Below are positions 46,724 through 55,708 of a DNA stretch of 64,000 bases, piece after piece. The position numbers were made by a program, and so were the translations under genes. The DNA comes from Candidatus Omnitrophota bacterium (GTDB taxonomy: Bacteria; Omnitrophota; Gorgyraeia; Gygaellales; Profunditerraquicolaceae). The DNA lies in assembly GCA_026416665.1 (NCBI GenBank), contig JAOAET010000014.1, positions 557 through 64,556 on the forward strand. The letters are read 5' to 3'. The notes under the pieces are model-generated. The model had not been told where the DNA came from. It made no database searches and was given only the letters and a program-made list of their open reading frames with translations. Numbering within the stretch: the first letter of the stretch is position 1; each line of letters starts with the position of its first letter.

Positions 46724-47309
46724 ATCGCCTCACCACCCCAATGACCTGTCCAATAATCTCGGTATTATCGGTATAAGGAATAGGTTTAAATTTCTTATTA
46801 CAAGGCATAAGCCAAAGTTTCCCTTTTTTTCTTTGAAACATCTTTACTGTTGCTTCTCCTTCTACTAAAGCAACCACAATGCTACCTAAAGAACATTCTT
46901 TTTTCTTCTGCACTATCACAATATCTTTGTCCATAATACCCATCCCAGACATACTCTCACCCTTAACTCGTAGGGCAAATATATCCTGCCTCACTGGAAA
47001 AATATCCTGTGGTTCTAAAATTTCTTCTATATTCTCCTGGGTTTCTAAAGGCTGCCCGGCTGGTACTGTTCCTAATAATGGAATACCTCTGGCTTGCCCT
47101 AAAAGTTCAATAGAACGGGCATACCGACCAATACGTCGGATATAACCTTTGACAACCAAAACACCTAGATAATCACGCACTGTTCCAGTAGAGGAAAAAC
47201 CGAAATTTGCCGCAATCTCACGGATTGTAGGAGGGAATCCTCTTCTAGTGATAGTTTCTTTAATAAAAGAAAGTATCTGTCTTTGTTTGTCGGTAAGTAA
47301 CTGGTTCAT
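46716..47309 (-). CDS. lexA: SOS repressor LexA
   Basis: LTDKQRQIL..GFPPTIREIA, Ala-Gly cleavage site VPAG, GESM catalytic Ser and ATVK catalytic Lys. ATG 47309 is the preferred start. Confidence 0.93.
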   Translation of the reverse strand: MNQLLTDKQRQILSFIKETITRRGFPPTIREIAANFGFSSTGTVRDYLGVLVVKGYIRRIGRYARSIELLGQARGIPLLGTVPAGQPLETQENIEEILEPQDIFPVRQDIFALRVKGESMSGMGIMDKDIVIVQKKKECSLGSIVVALVEGEATVKMFQRKKGKLWLMPCNKKFKPIPYTDNTEIIGQVIGVVRRYV

Positions 47310-47321
47310 TATTTTATTTAT

Positions 47322-47341
47322 TACCACACATTTGTGTGGTA
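47322..47341. promoter_or_regulatory. Candidate LexA operator (perfect palindrome) in the lexA promoter
   Basis: TACCACACA-TT-TGTGTGGTA, directly downstream of -35 TTGACT (47346-47341, minus strand). Confidence 0.7.
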
Positions 47342-47349
47342 GTCAAGTA

Positions 47350-47379
47350 AAATAATAACCGCTACTTATCGTAGCGGTT
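47350..47379 (-). terminator. Intrinsic terminator upstream of the lexA promoter
   Basis: AACCGCTAC-5 nt-GTAGCGGTT, a perfect 9-bp stem followed by ATTATTTT. Confidence 0.72.
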
Positions 47380-47402
47380 GTTTTAAGAAGTAATAGATAA
47401 TT

Positions 47403-47933
47403 TTAACTCATCCCCGGTTGCTGATGAATTTGCCTCTTTTTCTCTTCTATTTCTTTTAATAACCTAGTTACAAGCTCATCTATCTCTGCCTGGCTTAGTT
47501 TACGTTCTCCATAAGGATCCCTAAAGGTAACACAACTGTGGGAATTTGTATCAGATATCGGTGCTTCAAACTGAATAATATGAATTGGCTCATCAGCAGA
47601 GATACTATATAACTGTTCAGAGGAGGCATTAGTTTTACCTATAATCACTACCGGCACCTTGGAAACAGGTTTACCTATGATACTGGCAGGTGTAGGTCCA
47701 CAGAATACGCACAAACATTGCTGTTCAACAGAGAAGCCTATATCTCCAATGTCCACCTGTCTTGTCTCAAACTCACCTGTGGGCTCTATCCCTGGAAAAG
47801 AAAGAGAAATCTCACCACCCCAACGTGAAACTGTTGAATCGTAGGGAAGGCGACTATATACCCTTTGTGCAGTAAGGGTGTTATTTAAATCTGCATAAAA
47901 AGTTACTGTTTTGGTCTGAAATTGTATCCTTAT
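47403..47933 (-). CDS. Cyclophilin-like fold protein, likely ATA start
   Basis: The frame stays open from ATA 47933: RIQF..ADLNNTLTAQRVYSRLP..SRWGGEI..GDIGF..LCVFCGPTPAS. An AAGGGGTGA SD lies 3 nt upstream. Confidence 0.75.
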   Translation of the reverse strand: MRIQFQTKTVTFYADLNNTLTAQRVYSRLPYDSTVSRWGGEISLSFPGIEPTGEFETRQVDIGDIGFSVEQQCLCVFCGPTPASIIGKPVSKVPVVIIGKTNASSEQLYSISADEPIHIIQFEAPISDTNSHSCVTFRDPYGERKLSQAEIDELVTRLLKEIEEKKRQIHQQPGMS

Positions 47934-47965
47934 TTCTCACCCCTTCTTAACATAGTTATTCTTTT

Positions 47966-48259
47966 TTAAAAAACTCCAAAAGTCTTAAGCCGATCTTTTA
48001 ATTCTTGTATCTTTGAATCTTTCTCCTGTATCTTCTTTTGACAATCCTGTAACTGACTTTTTAGTGCTTGTATAATTTCTTCTTTTTTAGCCAACTCTGC
48101 CGAAAAATTATCCATCCGTGTTTGATTTCCCTGAAGAACCTGTTCTTTTTTAGAGGAAAAACGACCTGCCACTGATATACAGCTACTTAACAGAACAGAA
48201 AGCAAAGCAATAAATAACGCTATGGGCATGTGTTGTCTCATCTTGAGAATTTTTGCCAA
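47966..48259 (-). CDS. Small coiled-coil lipoprotein
   Basis: Lipobox LSSC and a C-terminal coiled coil. The true start is probably a downstream ATG. Confidence 0.65.
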   Translation of the reverse strand: MAKILKMRQHMPIALFIALLSVLLSSCISVAGRFSSKKEQVLQGNQTRMDNFSAELAKKEEIIQALKSQLQDCQKKIQEKDSKIQELKDRLKTFGVF

Positions 48260-48744
48260 TGTAATACTTCTTCTAACGGACGCTTAGGCATCTGATAAAA
48301 AACCTTTTTAGTCAGAGGATAACCTAAGGCAATTAAACTAACTACTTTATATTTAGGAGGTATACCCAAAAGTTCTTTTATCTTCTCGCAGTAAGGTTTC
48401 TTATCTGCGGCTATCCAACAAGACCCCACTTTAAAAGTTACCGCTGCTAATAATATATTCTGGGTAGCTGCCGAGCAGTCTTCAAGGTAATATTTCGTAT
48501 CAGTAGATACCACACAAATACAAGCAGCTGCCCGAGCTAAAAATTTTCCGTGGTCAGTAATCTCAGCCAAATTTTTAAGGCTTTGTTTATCTGTTACTAC
48601 AATAAACTCCCAAGGTTGAATATTCCGTGCAGTTGGTGCAAAACGACCAGCATCTACAATGGCTTCAAGCACCTCTTGTGGAATAGGTTTATCAATAAAT
48701 TCTCGAACACTTCTTCGTCTCTTTATTACACTAAGGCAATCCAA
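48238..48744 (-). CDS. Nitroreductase family protein
   Basis: RRSVREF, APTARNIQPWEF, QNILLAA and GSCW. Confidence 0.92.
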   Translation of the reverse strand: MDCLSVIKRRRSVREFIDKPIPQEVLEAIVDAGRFAPTARNIQPWEFIVVTDKQSLKNLAEITDHGKFLARAAACICVVSTDTKYYLEDCSAATQNILLAAVTFKVGSCWIAADKKPYCEKIKELLGIPPKYKVVSLIALGYPLTKKVFYQMPKRPLEEVLHWQKFSR

Positions 48745-48824
48745 CTGTTTTTCCTTGTTTAGTAATTATTTCTTCTATACCAACAATTATCGATAATCAA
48801 CACCCTTTTCATTAATCCTTTTTT

Positions 48825-48853
48825 ATTATAAGTGCCCATTATAGAAAGGTCAA
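48825..48853 (-). promoter_or_regulatory. sigma70 promoter of the nitroreductase operon
   Basis: TTGACC-17 bp-TATAAT. Confidence 0.75.
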
Positions 48854-48891
48854 GAGAACATATTCTCTATACTATTTTTATTACACTGCAT

Positions 48892-51285
48892 TTACAGATG
48901 CGGCTTTTTATATCTTCGCATAGATAAAGAATTGGCTACCACTGAAAAAGAACTAAAAGCCATTGCCGCAGCTGCCACCATGGGATTAAGCAAGAAGCCA
49001 TTAACCGAATATAAAACACCCGCAGCTATAGGTATGGCAACCAGATTATAAAAAAATGCCCAGAAAAGATTCTGTTTAATCTTTCTGATGGTATATCGTG
49101 ATAAATCAATGGCAGTAACTATCTGCCGTAAATCGTCTCTTAACAGAACAATATCTCCTGCTTCCATAGCTATATCAGTGCCTGAGCCTAAGGCAATACC
49201 TACATCTGCCTCGGCTAAAGCTGGTGCATCATTAATTCCATCTCCTATCATCGCAACTTTCTCATTTTTCTCTCGTAAAGAACGAATGACCTCTTCTTTA
49301 TGCTGAGGTAAAACCTCTGCCCGCACTTCATCTAAAGAAAGAGAATGCGCAATTGCCTCTGCGGTATTTTTATTATCTCCAGTCAAAAGTATTAATCTCT
49401 TACCCATCTTTTTTAAATATCTAATCGTCTGCTCGACAAAGGGTTTAAGCATATCCCCTACAGCAATAAGCCCTACTGCTTTGTCATTTACTACTACGAC
49501 CATTACGGTCTTACCTTCCTTTTCCCATTGCTCAGCATCAATCAAAATTTCTGGTGACAGATTAATGTTTTTCTTCTCAGCAAAACGGCGATTAGTAATA
49601 AGCAAGCGTTGACTGCCTATATTTCCCATTACTCCTTTTCCTGGTAAAGCAATAAAGTTGTCTACCTTCTCCAGAGGTAAAGATTTTTCTGTTGCCGCCT
49701 CAAATATTGCCTGACCAATAGGATGCTCTGAATATTTTTCTACTGAAGCAGCCAAACGCAATATCTCCTCAGCAGACCTCTGGTGATATCCTCGGTAATC
49801 CATAAGGATAGGTTTACCTCGAGTAATTGTGCCCGTCTTATCAAAGACTATTACTGTTACCTTATATGCTATTTCTAAAACTGAGGGGTTGCGTATAAGA
49901 ATACCATTCTCTGCAGCTACACCCATACTGACTACTAAAGCTGTAGGAGTAGCAAGACCTAAGGCACAGGGACAAGCAACAATCAACATAGAGACAAAGG
50001 TAGTAAAAGCAAATAAAAAATCTTCTCCAACAGCTAACCATACACTAAACACTGCAATAGCTGCTAAAAAGATTGTAGGCACAAATATACTGGCTATTTT
50101 ATCTGCTACTTCTTGAATAGGAACTTTATGTGCTAGTGCCTCTTTTACTAAGTTAATAATTTGAAAAAGTAAAGTATCTTGCCCTACACGAATAGCCTCA
50201 AATTTAAAGGTACCTGTTTTATTTACGGTACCACAGAAAACTTCTTTACCAGGAGTTTTATCTTGAGGTATACTCTCACCAGTTATCATAGATTCATCTA
50301 CACTTGAAAAACCCTCTATAACAATTCCATCAGCAGGAATCCGTTCGCCAGGTTTAATAATTACAATATCGCCTATCTGTAACTGATCAATAGGAATTAA
50401 CTCTTCCTTTCCTTGGCGAACTACTAAAGCGGTATTAGGACGTAAATAAAATAGCTTCTTAATAGCCGCTGATGTCTTTCCCCGAGCACTTAACTCTAAG
50501 TATTGACCTAAAAGAATAAAGGTAACTATTACCGCAGCTGTTTCAAAATAAAGATGAAGATTAGATAGTTGACTTCGTGTCTTAAAATACGCCCATGCCA
50601 CAAAGACACTGTACAGATAAGCAGATGCTACACCCACAGAAACCAACGTATACATATTTGCTTTTCGACTATGTAAAAGATCAATCCATCCTTTCTGAAA
50701 AAAGGATAGGCTACAAATTATTACTAAGGTAGCAAGAATTAATTGAATAAAAATGTTATGTTTAGCCAATAATGTCGGCAAAGGCATATTTGTAGCTGAA
50801 GCAGTTGACAGAATTACCAAAGGCAGGCTTAATAGAAAAGAGAGCCAAAATCGCAAGCGTAAAGATTTAATATCTGCCTTAAGCAGATTTTCAGTAGAAA
50901 CAACTGTCTCTTTCTCAGTGTTTGGTATACGGTAACCTAAGTTGCGAATAATCTTCTCTAACTGTTCCTTCTTAACTTTCTTTGGATTGTAACGTACAGA
51001 TACTTGACCTAATGTAAGATTTCCATTTACCTCTAACACCCCAGCTTTGGCTTTTAATGCAGATTCTATAGTAAGTACACATGTTGCACAGTGCATTCCT
51101 CCAACAGGAATGACTATATGTTTCTCTGGGACAAAATACGTTTGTGATATTTCCTCTTGGCTCTCAGCTTGCTTGAATTTCTCTAAGCAATGCCGACTGC
51201 AGAAGTAATAATTTATGCCACGATGATGAAGACACAGCTGTTCTGTTTCTTCTATTTGCCGGCCACAAATAGGATCAATTGCCAT
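48892..51285 (-). CDS. copA: Cu(+)-translocating P1B-type ATPase with YHS and HMA domains
   Basis: DPICG/YYFCS, GMHCATC, TGES, CPCALGLATP, DKTGT, HP, GDGINDAP, YN and MAFSS. Confidence 0.92.
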   Translation of the reverse strand: MAIDPICGRQIEETEQLCLHHRGINYYFCSRHCLEKFKQAESQEEISQTYFVPEKHIVIPVGGMHCATCVLTIESALKAKAGVLEVNGNLTLGQVSVRYNPKKVKKEQLEKIIRNLGYRIPNTEKETVVSTENLLKADIKSLRLRFWLSFLLSLPLVILSTASATNMPLPTLLAKHNIFIQLILATLVIICSLSFFQKGWIDLLHSRKANMYTLVSVGVASAYLYSVFVAWAYFKTRSQLSNLHLYFETAAVIVTFILLGQYLELSARGKTSAAIKKLFYLRPNTALVVRQGKEELIPIDQLQIGDIVIIKPGERIPADGIVIEGFSSVDESMITGESIPQDKTPGKEVFCGTVNKTGTFKFEAIRVGQDTLLFQIINLVKEALAHKVPIQEVADKIASIFVPTIFLAAIAVFSVWLAVGEDFLFAFTTFVSMLIVACPCALGLATPTALVVSMGVAAENGILIRNPSVLEIAYKVTVIVFDKTGTITRGKPILMDYRGYHQRSAEEILRLAASVEKYSEHPIGQAIFEAATEKSLPLEKVDNFIALPGKGVMGNIGSQRLLITNRRFAEKKNINLSPEILIDAEQWEKEGKTVMVVVVNDKAVGLIAVGDMLKPFVEQTIRYLKKMGKRLILLTGDNKNTAEAIAHSLSLDEVRAEVLPQHKEEVIRSLREKNEKVAMIGDGINDAPALAEADVGIALGSGTDIAMEAGDIVLLRDDLRQIVTAIDLSRYTIRKIKQNLFWAFFYNLVAIPIAAGVLYSVNGFLLNPMVAAAAMAFSSFSVVANSLSMRRYKKPHL

Positions 51286-51304
51286 AAAAAGTAACTTTTT
51301 TTTC

Positions 51305-52180
51305 TTATTCCTGTTTTTCTTTCTTTACAATAGGTATAACCCCGGCCATCTCTCCAATAACATTGACTAAATCCGCATTATTGGGTAGGACTATCTTTGC
51401 GTTATTAGCAAGTGCTCGCTCAAGTGCTTCTATTCTTCTTAATAACTGAGCATTTCCTACAAAATATTGGTTTGCTGCCTCGTTTACAAGTTTAATTGCC
51501 TGAGCCTGTCCTTCTGCCTCTAGAATTTTTGCTTGCTTTATTCCTTCTGCTTTTTTAATCTCTGCTCTACGCGCACCATCTGCCATTGTCTCAGTAGCAG
51601 TAGCAAAATCAATAGCAGCGATTTTCTCGTTTTCTGCTTTCACTACCTTATTCATTGTCTCCTGCACATCCTTAGGTGGGTCTATCTCTTTTAATTCTGT
51701 GCGCACAATCTCAATACCCCAGGCAGCGGTTTCTTGTTTAAGTGTCTTCTGTAACTCCTCATTGATTTTACCACGTTCGCTGTTGGCAGATTTAAGGGTC
51801 ATTGTTCCAATAATATTTCGTAAGGTAGTGCGCGCTAAATTTACTATTTGATACTGGTAGTTATTGACATTATACTGAGATGCCTTTACACTTTCTTCAT
51901 CAGATTTTACTTTAAAGTATACCTGCGCATCAACACGGGCATTAAGATTATCAAAAGTAATTATTTCCTGTGGTTCTGCATCTACCATCACCTCCGTTAT
52001 ATTCACCAGATATAATTCCTCAATAAAGGGAATAATCCAGTGAAATCCTGGGGTAGCAAAACGATGGTATCTGCCTAATCTTTCAATAAGTCCGCGGTGA
52101 GTAGGTCGTACGATACGAATACCCATAAGAAAAAAAATAACTACAAACACTACTACTGCCCAGATTATAAGATGTCCCAT
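51305..52180 (-). CDS. SPFH/band-7 (stomatin/QmcA-like) protein
   Basis: N-terminal TM, ERLGRY..PGFHWIIPFIE, TTLRNIIG and WGIEIVRTELKEIDPP. Confidence 0.9.
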   Translation of the reverse strand: MGHLIIWAVVVFVVIFFLMGIRIVRPTHRGLIERLGRYHRFATPGFHWIIPFIEELYLVNITEVMVDAEPQEIITFDNLNARVDAQVYFKVKSDEESVKASQYNVNNYQYQIVNLARTTLRNIIGTMTLKSANSERGKINEELQKTLKQETAAWGIEIVRTELKEIDPPKDVQETMNKVVKAENEKIAAIDFATATETMADGARRAEIKKAEGIKQAKILEAEGQAQAIKLVNEAANQYFVGNAQLLRRIEALERALANNAKIVLPNNADLVNVIGEMAGVIPIVKKEKQE

Positions 52181-52292
52181 GTAAACCTCCTTTATGCTAA
52201 TTATAGAACCTTAGCCTCAGTATTGTCTGATATAATTTTACTTTTTCCGTAAACTTTTTATCTAGGAAATATTTTTAGAAACAGACACGTCT

Positions 52293-52631
52293 TTATTCAA
52301 CCACAATTGTTTTTGTGATACTGCCTATTCGCGAACAAAATGCAGAAATCTCAATCTCATCTGCTGGTTTCAGCCCCGATATTTCAAAAGATGCTGTCTG
52401 AGTATCATTAGATTCCTGAGAACTAAATTCCTTTTTGCCCACTTCTTCTTGATTGACTTTAATTAAGATAAGTTTTACATAATGATTAGAAGGGTTTGCT
52501 ACAGAGTGCTCTACCACTACATCGACGGTGCCTTCATTTACTGTAGCTGAAATTGAACTAGGCGAATGAGCAAACGAAATATTAAGTATCCCTACAACAA
52601 ATAAACTTGTCAAAAAAGATAATTTGATCAT
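52293..52631 (-). CDS. Exported small desulfoferrodoxin/SOR-like metal-binding protein
   Basis: Signal peptide SFA|HSP, EHSVANPSNHYV and AFCSRIG. Confidence 0.55.
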   Translation of the reverse strand: MIKLSFLTSLFVVGILNISFAHSPSSISATVNEGTVDVVVEHSVANPSNHYVKLILIKVNQEEVGKKEFSSQESNDTQTASFEISGLKPADEIEISAFCSRIGSITKTIVVE

Positions 52632-52735
52632 CAGACTGCCTCCTTTGTTATTTAGTTTTGTTAATAATTATTGTAACATCCTTTTTTCTATTTTACCTAG
52701 TCAAAATTAAATTTCTTATAAAAATACTATCGTTA

Positions 52736-52915
52736 CTACTTTTTTCTTCTTTGATAAAGTATAGTTCCAACATGCAAGAGAACAAACATAACTGTGATTA
52801 TCCCAAATAACTTATGTAAAATAAAATTTACTCCTGTAAGACCAAGAAAAGCAGTAAATATCAACACGCATAGACTAATTGTTCCAAAAATTAAAATAAG
52901 CTGATAGACGGTCAT
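52736..52915 (-). CDS. 59-aa two-helix membrane protein with His34/His48 (absent from the ORF track)
   Basis: Translated by hand: MTVYQLILIFGTISLCVLIFTAFLGLTGVNFILHKLFGIITVMFVLLHVGTILYQRRKK*. Confidence 0.65.
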   Translation of the reverse strand: MTVYQLILIFGTISLCVLIFTAFLGLTGVNFILHKLFGIITVMFVLLHVGTILYQRRKK

Positions 52916-52936
52916 CTTATTATTTTTTAGCGTAAC

Positions 52937-53605
52937 CTAGCAACTTCGCTCAATAATTGGTGGTATATCTTCTATTCTTTCCACAATCTTATCTGCTTCA
53001 GAAAGATATTGACGGGGAAGACTTGTGGTTAAACCAATACAGAATATACCCGCGCGCTTAGCGGATTTAATACCAAAAGGAGCATTCTCTATAACCACCG
53101 CTTCTTTCGGTAATAAAGCGAGTTTGTGAATAGCCATAAGATATGGCTCAGGGTGTGGCTTCCCTTTTTTTACGTGATCCCCTGCCACAATTACATCAAA
53201 CATTTTACGTAACCTTTTGGGCAGTATGCGGGTTAACTCCTGGGTAGGAGTTCCTGTGACTAATCCTAAACGATATCCCTTTTTCTTAAGGCAATAAATA
53301 AACTGCTTTACGTTCTCAAATAAATAACGTTTAAAATAACGTCTAAAGATTCTCTTTCTACGTAAAAATATTTTCCTTAAAATATCTGGGGTAGGCTTAA
53401 TACCTTCTCTTCGTAAAAGAGCAGTTAATGTCTTTTCCCAACGTTCTCCTTCTTTGGCAAAGACCTCAAAACAGCTTACCCTTATCCCATAAGGTCTTAG
53501 TGCTTCATACCAAGCCAAGTAATGATAAGGCATAGAATCTACCAGAACACCATCCATATCAAAAATAACCGCCTTAATTTTGTTTACTCTTTCTTCCCTC
53601 ATCAA
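52937..53605 (-). CDS. HAD-family phosphatase (beta-phosphoglucomutase-like)
   Basis: FDMDGVLVDS, KGKPHPEPY and IENAPFG. Confidence 0.88.
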   Translation of the reverse strand: MMREERVNKIKAVIFDMDGVLVDSMPYHYLAWYEALRPYGIRVSCFEVFAKEGERWEKTLTALLRREGIKPTPDILRKIFLRRKRIFRRYFKRYLFENVKQFIYCLKKKGYRLGLVTGTPTQELTRILPKRLRKMFDVIVAGDHVKKGKPHPEPYLMAIHKLALLPKEAVVIENAPFGIKSAKRAGIFCIGLTTSLPRQYLSEADKIVERIEDIPPIIERSC

Positions 53606-53611
53606 GTATTT

Positions 53612-54334
53612 TTAGTAATCAGGCAAATTACTTAAAGGAAGGTTGCGTTCTACAAATTGAATAATCTTCTCCTGAATGTGGGGATCAATACGATAAAACT
53701 CTAACCCCATACCCGGATAAATCTGCGGCTGAAGATGTTTTTCTACTAACCAAACTACCCTGGCTTCAAGAAATAACTGCCCTGGTTGAGGTTTTAAGGT
53801 TAATTTTAGGTCTAATACCTCTCCAACGGGATAGGTTTTCTGAGAGAAAATCATTACCCCAATCCCACTTAGATTCAATGCTTTCCCTTGATGATAATCT
53901 TCCTCATATTTTGCTTTATAATACACATCTATATCTAAAGGAAGCCTCTTAAATCTACGGCGTAATTGTTTTCTTTTTATCTGGGTAATTACCTCTTCGG
54001 CCTCAAAACTGTCCAAAGCACTCTCTAAATCCTTACAAATCTCAAATACCCGGTCAAGACAAACCAAACTGAAGAGTTTCTGAATGTGGGCGGGCACAGC
54101 TACAAATTTTAACTTGCCTTGATGATTAAGTACATGCTTAAACGCAAGCGCAAGACAGGACATACCTGCATAGTCCACCAACTCTACATTTTCAAAATCA
54201 CAGATAAGCTGACGATAACCATTAGATAAAGCCCAACCCACCTTCTCTACTAGATTAGCAGAGTTAATGTCTATTGAACCAGAAAGATGTAATACAGCCG
54301 CACCTTTTATTTTCTTAAAAGTTATCTCTAACAT
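53612..54334 (-). CDS. STAS (anti-sigma antagonist-like) - PilZ fusion
   Basis: LSGSIDINS..DFENVELVDYAG..LDRVFEI, followed by RRRFKR, NLSGIG and GMGLEF. Confidence 0.82.
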   Translation of the reverse strand: MLEITFKKIKGAAVLHLSGSIDINSANLVEKVGWALSNGYRQLICDFENVELVDYAGMSCLALAFKHVLNHQGKLKFVAVPAHIQKLFSLVCLDRVFEICKDLESALDSFEAEEVITQIKRKQLRRRFKRLPLDIDVYYKAKYEEDYHQGKALNLSGIGVMIFSQKTYPVGEVLDLKLTLKPQPGQLFLEARVVWLVEKHLQPQIYPGMGLEFYRIDPHIQEKIIQFVERNLPLSNLPDY

Positions 54335-54350
54335 AACATAAGCGGTATCT

Positions 54351-55676
54351 TTATTTTTCTATTTTAGCACTATTTTTGTTTTCTAAAAGTGCTAATATAC
54401 AATTAAGACTAAGCAGGGTTGCACCTTGATTTTCTTGAATAAGCAAACGCGCTTGACTACCTAACTGTCTTGCCAATGCCTGGTTGTTTATAAGATTCTC
54501 CAAAACCTGATAAATTTCTTGTTTGTCTTTTACCTGTATAGCAGCATTTTGTTTTATAAAAAGCTCTGCTATGCTACGGAAATTAAACATATAATTACCA
54601 AAAACAATTGGTTTGGCTAAAGAAGCTGGCTCAAGAATATTGTGTCCACCAATAGGTACAAGACTTCCTCCAACAAATACTATATCTGCAATCTGATAAA
54701 ACTGCATAAGTTGTCCAACTGTATCAATTATAAAGACAATATTATCTTCTTTTTCTTTTCTTTCTAAGCCTATTGTTTTGCTTTTATCTTTAAATTGGGA
54801 AATAAGCTGGACTTGTAATTTCGTATTTTCCTTAATCCATTTCACCAAATAAGTAACTCTTTGGGGATGTCGCGGAGCAATTATTAATCTACAAGAAGGA
54901 TATTTTTTTATTAATTTCTCATAGACGGATACCAGTATCTTTTCTTCACCCCGATGGGTACTTGCAGCAATAATTACTTTTTCTGTCTTTTTGATCCCTA
55001 ATTCTGTGCGTAATAACAGATTTTCCTTCTCTATAACATCCTTACTAACAAGATTAATGTCAAATTTCATATTGCCTGTTACTTTAATCTTTGGTTCTGC
55101 TACACCTAAACTAAGCAAACGATTCTTTTCTTCAACGGACTGCACACAGAAACAACTTATCTTTTCCAATACACTCTTCACAAACGGGCGTAACAATCTG
55201 TATCTTGGTAATGAACGGTCAGAAATACGACCGTTAACAACTACAAGCGGAATTTTTTCTCTAGCAAGACAATTAATAAATATAGGCCACAGCTCTGTCT
55301 CAACTAATACTACTATAGACGGTTTAATTCGACGAATAACAGAACACATAATAAACCTTAAATCAAGTGGAAGGTAAATGACTACATCACGATTTCTTGC
55401 CAAGGAACGCGCCACACTATTACCTGTGGCAGTCACTGTAGAAAGAACTAACTGTTTATGGGGCAGGTGTTCTCTTATTTTATCTATAAGTGCCCTTACT
55501 GATAATATCTCTCCGACACTGACTGCGTGAATCCAAATAGGATTATAAAAATCATTTTTCGGTGGTAAAAATCCTAAACGCATTAAAATTCCTCGGTGAA
55601 GCTGAGCGCGCAATAATAAAATCAATACATAGAATGTAAATCCCACCAGATATATAAACTCATAGAGAATTTCCAT
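54351..55676 (-). CDS. waaA: Kdo transferase
   Basis: WIHAVSVGE, ETELWP, NGRISDRS, TGNMKFD, APRHPQR and GGHNILEPA. Confidence 0.94.
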   Translation of the reverse strand: MEILYEFIYLVGFTFYVLILLLRAQLHRGILMRLGFLPPKNDFYNPIWIHAVSVGEILSVRALIDKIREHLPHKQLVLSTVTATGNSVARSLARNRDVVIYLPLDLRFIMCSVIRRIKPSIVVLVETELWPIFINCLAREKIPLVVVNGRISDRSLPRYRLLRPFVKSVLEKISCFCVQSVEEKNRLLSLGVAEPKIKVTGNMKFDINLVSKDVIEKENLLLRTELGIKKTEKVIIAASTHRGEEKILVSVYEKLIKKYPSCRLIIAPRHPQRVTYLVKWIKENTKLQVQLISQFKDKSKTIGLERKEKEDNIVFIIDTVGQLMQFYQIADIVFVGGSLVPIGGHNILEPASLAKPIVFGNYMFNFRSIAELFIKQNAAIQVKDKQEIYQVLENLINNQALARQLGSQARLLIQENQGATLLSLNCILALLENKNSAKIEK

Positions 55677-55708
55677 AATTGATCAACTTTTACCGATTAA
55701 AATGTTCT

